From: a virus
Virus record (IMG/VR): IMGVR_UViG_3300045107_000138
Direction: 5' to 3' (one strand)
Length of the DNA: 33,666 nucleotides
Positions 32,553 through 33,666 of this stretch are shown piece after piece; within the stretch, counting starts at the first letter, position 1; each line of letters begins with the position of its first letter. Under the pieces are notes generated by a model. It did no database searches and was not told the origin of the DNA. It saw only the letters and a program-made list of their open reading frames with translations. The position numbers and the translations under genes are program-made.

Positions 32553-33666
32553 CGTTGATGCTCACCTTCTTGCCGATCGCCAGCACCGTCGCCGGGTACG
32601 GCTGCACCTGCTCGACCTTGACCACGCCCCCCGACTTCGCCCAGCCGCTGGTGCTGATCTCCTTGTCGCCCGTGAACGGCGGCACGGGCCGATTGAGCAG
32701 CCCCGGACCGAGCTCTCGGAAGGCGACCGTCTGATCGTTGACGCGGATGCCCACGGTTTCGAGCAGCCGCACGAACGCCTTGTGCACGCTGATGTTGGCG
32801 CCCATCGTGCTGCCGACCGGCGCCGAGACCTCGAGCGGCAGGGTTTCCCAGACGCTGCGATAGTTCAGCCCGACCTCGGCGCTGGTGGCCGATCGGCCGA
32901 GCGTGATCTGGCCGCCCGTCACGACCGCCTGCGGCTGCGCCACGCCATCGGCCAGCACGTCGACGGTCTTGCCCTCAAGGTGCGCCAGGCCCGTCACGAC
33001 CGTGAACGGCGACCCGCTGGTCTGCACCAGCGCGGCGTCGGTCTCGCGCGCGTCGTCCAGCCGCTCGATGTAGCGCACCGTGGCGCCGTTGATGGTGCGC
33101 CGGACGATCAGATACGTGTGATCCACGTCGCCGGCCGGCACTGTCTCGATGCTCTCGACCGTCCCGTCGGTGTCGCATGGCGTCCACGCGATCACGCCTT
33201 GATCGCGGTCATAGGTGCACGACGCCAGTCCGCCATCGGCCAGCACCACCCAGACGATCGGCTGCGGGCTGTGCTGCAGGCCGAAGTCGACCACGCCGCG
33301 GCTGATGATGTGATCGGCGCGCACGCTTACGTCGGGCGCCGTGAAGCCGTCGAAGTCGTAGCGGTAGCCGATCGCGCGCACCTGCTTGCCGGCGCGCTGC
33401 GCGAATAGCACCTCGCTCTCGGTGCGGATCGGCCGCACGCTGCCGGCGGCGCCATGGAACGACTGCGGGCGCACCTGCACATTGCTCGGCGTGATCGGCC
33501 GCTGCGGGCCGCCGGTCATGCTGTACTCGCCAGAGTAGGTCAGCACCAGCAGCTGGCGCACCGCGTTCAGGTGCTCGATCACGCTGGCATCGTCGGCGCC
33601 GATCTTGAAGACGAACGCATCGTCGTCGTTGCCGCCCTGCGTGAAGTCGAAGAACGAATTGGTGCG
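32545..33666 (-). CDS. Tail tubular protein B-like nozzle protein, C-terminal part (continues from 1..1183 across the junction)
   Basis: ORF 32545..33582 stays open to the window end. 33540..33666 is identical to 1..127, so the frame joins the ATG at 1183. Confidence 0.7.
   Translation of the reverse strand, partial: RTNSFFDFTQGGNDDDAFVFKIGADDASVIEHLNAVRQLLVLTYSGEYSMTGGPQRPITPSNVQVRPQSFHGAAGSVRPIRTESEVLFAQRAGKQVRAIGYRYDFDGFTAPDVSVRADHIISRGVVDFGLQHSPQPIVWVVLADGGLASCTYDRDQGVIAWTPCDTDGTVESIETVPAGDVDHTYLIVRRTINGATVRYIERLDDARETDAALVQTSGSPFTVVTGLAHLEGKTVDVLADGVAQPQAVVTGGQITLGRSATSAEVGLNYRSVWETLPLEVSAPVGSTMGANISVHKAFVRLLETVGIRVNDQTVAFRELGPGLLNRPVPPFTGDKEISTSGWAKSGGVVKVEQVQPYPATVLAIGKKVSINDG
33540..33666. 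repeat. Exact 127-nt duplicate of positions 1..127 (circular-closure overlap)
   Basis: Base-by-base comparison of both ends: tcagcaccagcagctggcgcacc...gaagaacgaattggtgcg. Confidence 0.95.

Overview
The window is a complete, circularly closed genome of a high-GC temperate podovirus-like phage. Positions 33540..33666 repeat 1..127 exactly, so the unique length is 33,539 bp. Real genes are easy to pick out by their strong third-position GC bias. The many long Arg/Ala/Gly/Pro-rich ORFs in other frames are composition artefacts.

The genome has two parts.

(1) A lambdoid-style control and accessory half:
- A Cro-like gene reads on the minus strand and a CI-like repressor on the plus strand, with divergent, duplicated promoter-operator modules.
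- A lipoprotein is co-transcribed with the repressor, followed by a clear terminator.
- A rightward early operon carries small unknown ORFs, an annealing protein, a YqaJ exonuclease, NinB, SSB, a truncated C5-methyltransferase chimera, a PD-(D/E)XK nuclease, a DUF4224 protein and a tyrosine integrase.
- attP follows the integrase and carries the 3' 47 nt of a tRNA-Arg(ACG)-like gene.
- A leftward operon carries Cro, a T5orf172-like ORF, an N6-methyltransferase remnant, a winged-helix protein, a DUF1376 replication protein, a loader-like protein, an FtsK-gamma protein and a RusA-like resolvase.

(2) A T7-syntenic virion, packaging and lysis module on the minus strand. In order it encodes:
- portal, scaffold, capsid, a gp11-like adaptor and a gp12-like nozzle, which spans the contig junction;
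- a GNAT acetyltransferase in the gp13 slot and four internal virion proteins;
- a membrane protein, terS and terL;
- a beta-helix tailspike;
- holin, a second membrane protein, an M15 endolysin and Rz with embedded Rz1.

No phage RNA polymerase, DNA polymerase, helicase, reverse transcriptase, CRISPR array or complete tRNA is visible.

The most noteworthy observations are:
- the GNAT inside the ejected-protein module;
- the rex-slot lipoprotein and the unknown early ORFs;
- the duplicated operator modules, with a probably leaderless cro;
- a 7-nt x5 tandem repeat in the linker of the replication gene;
- two structurally damaged DNA methyltransferase genes, one fused to a J-domain fragment and one out of frame behind a T5orf172-like domain.

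All functional calls come from reading motifs and synteny by eye. No database search was run.
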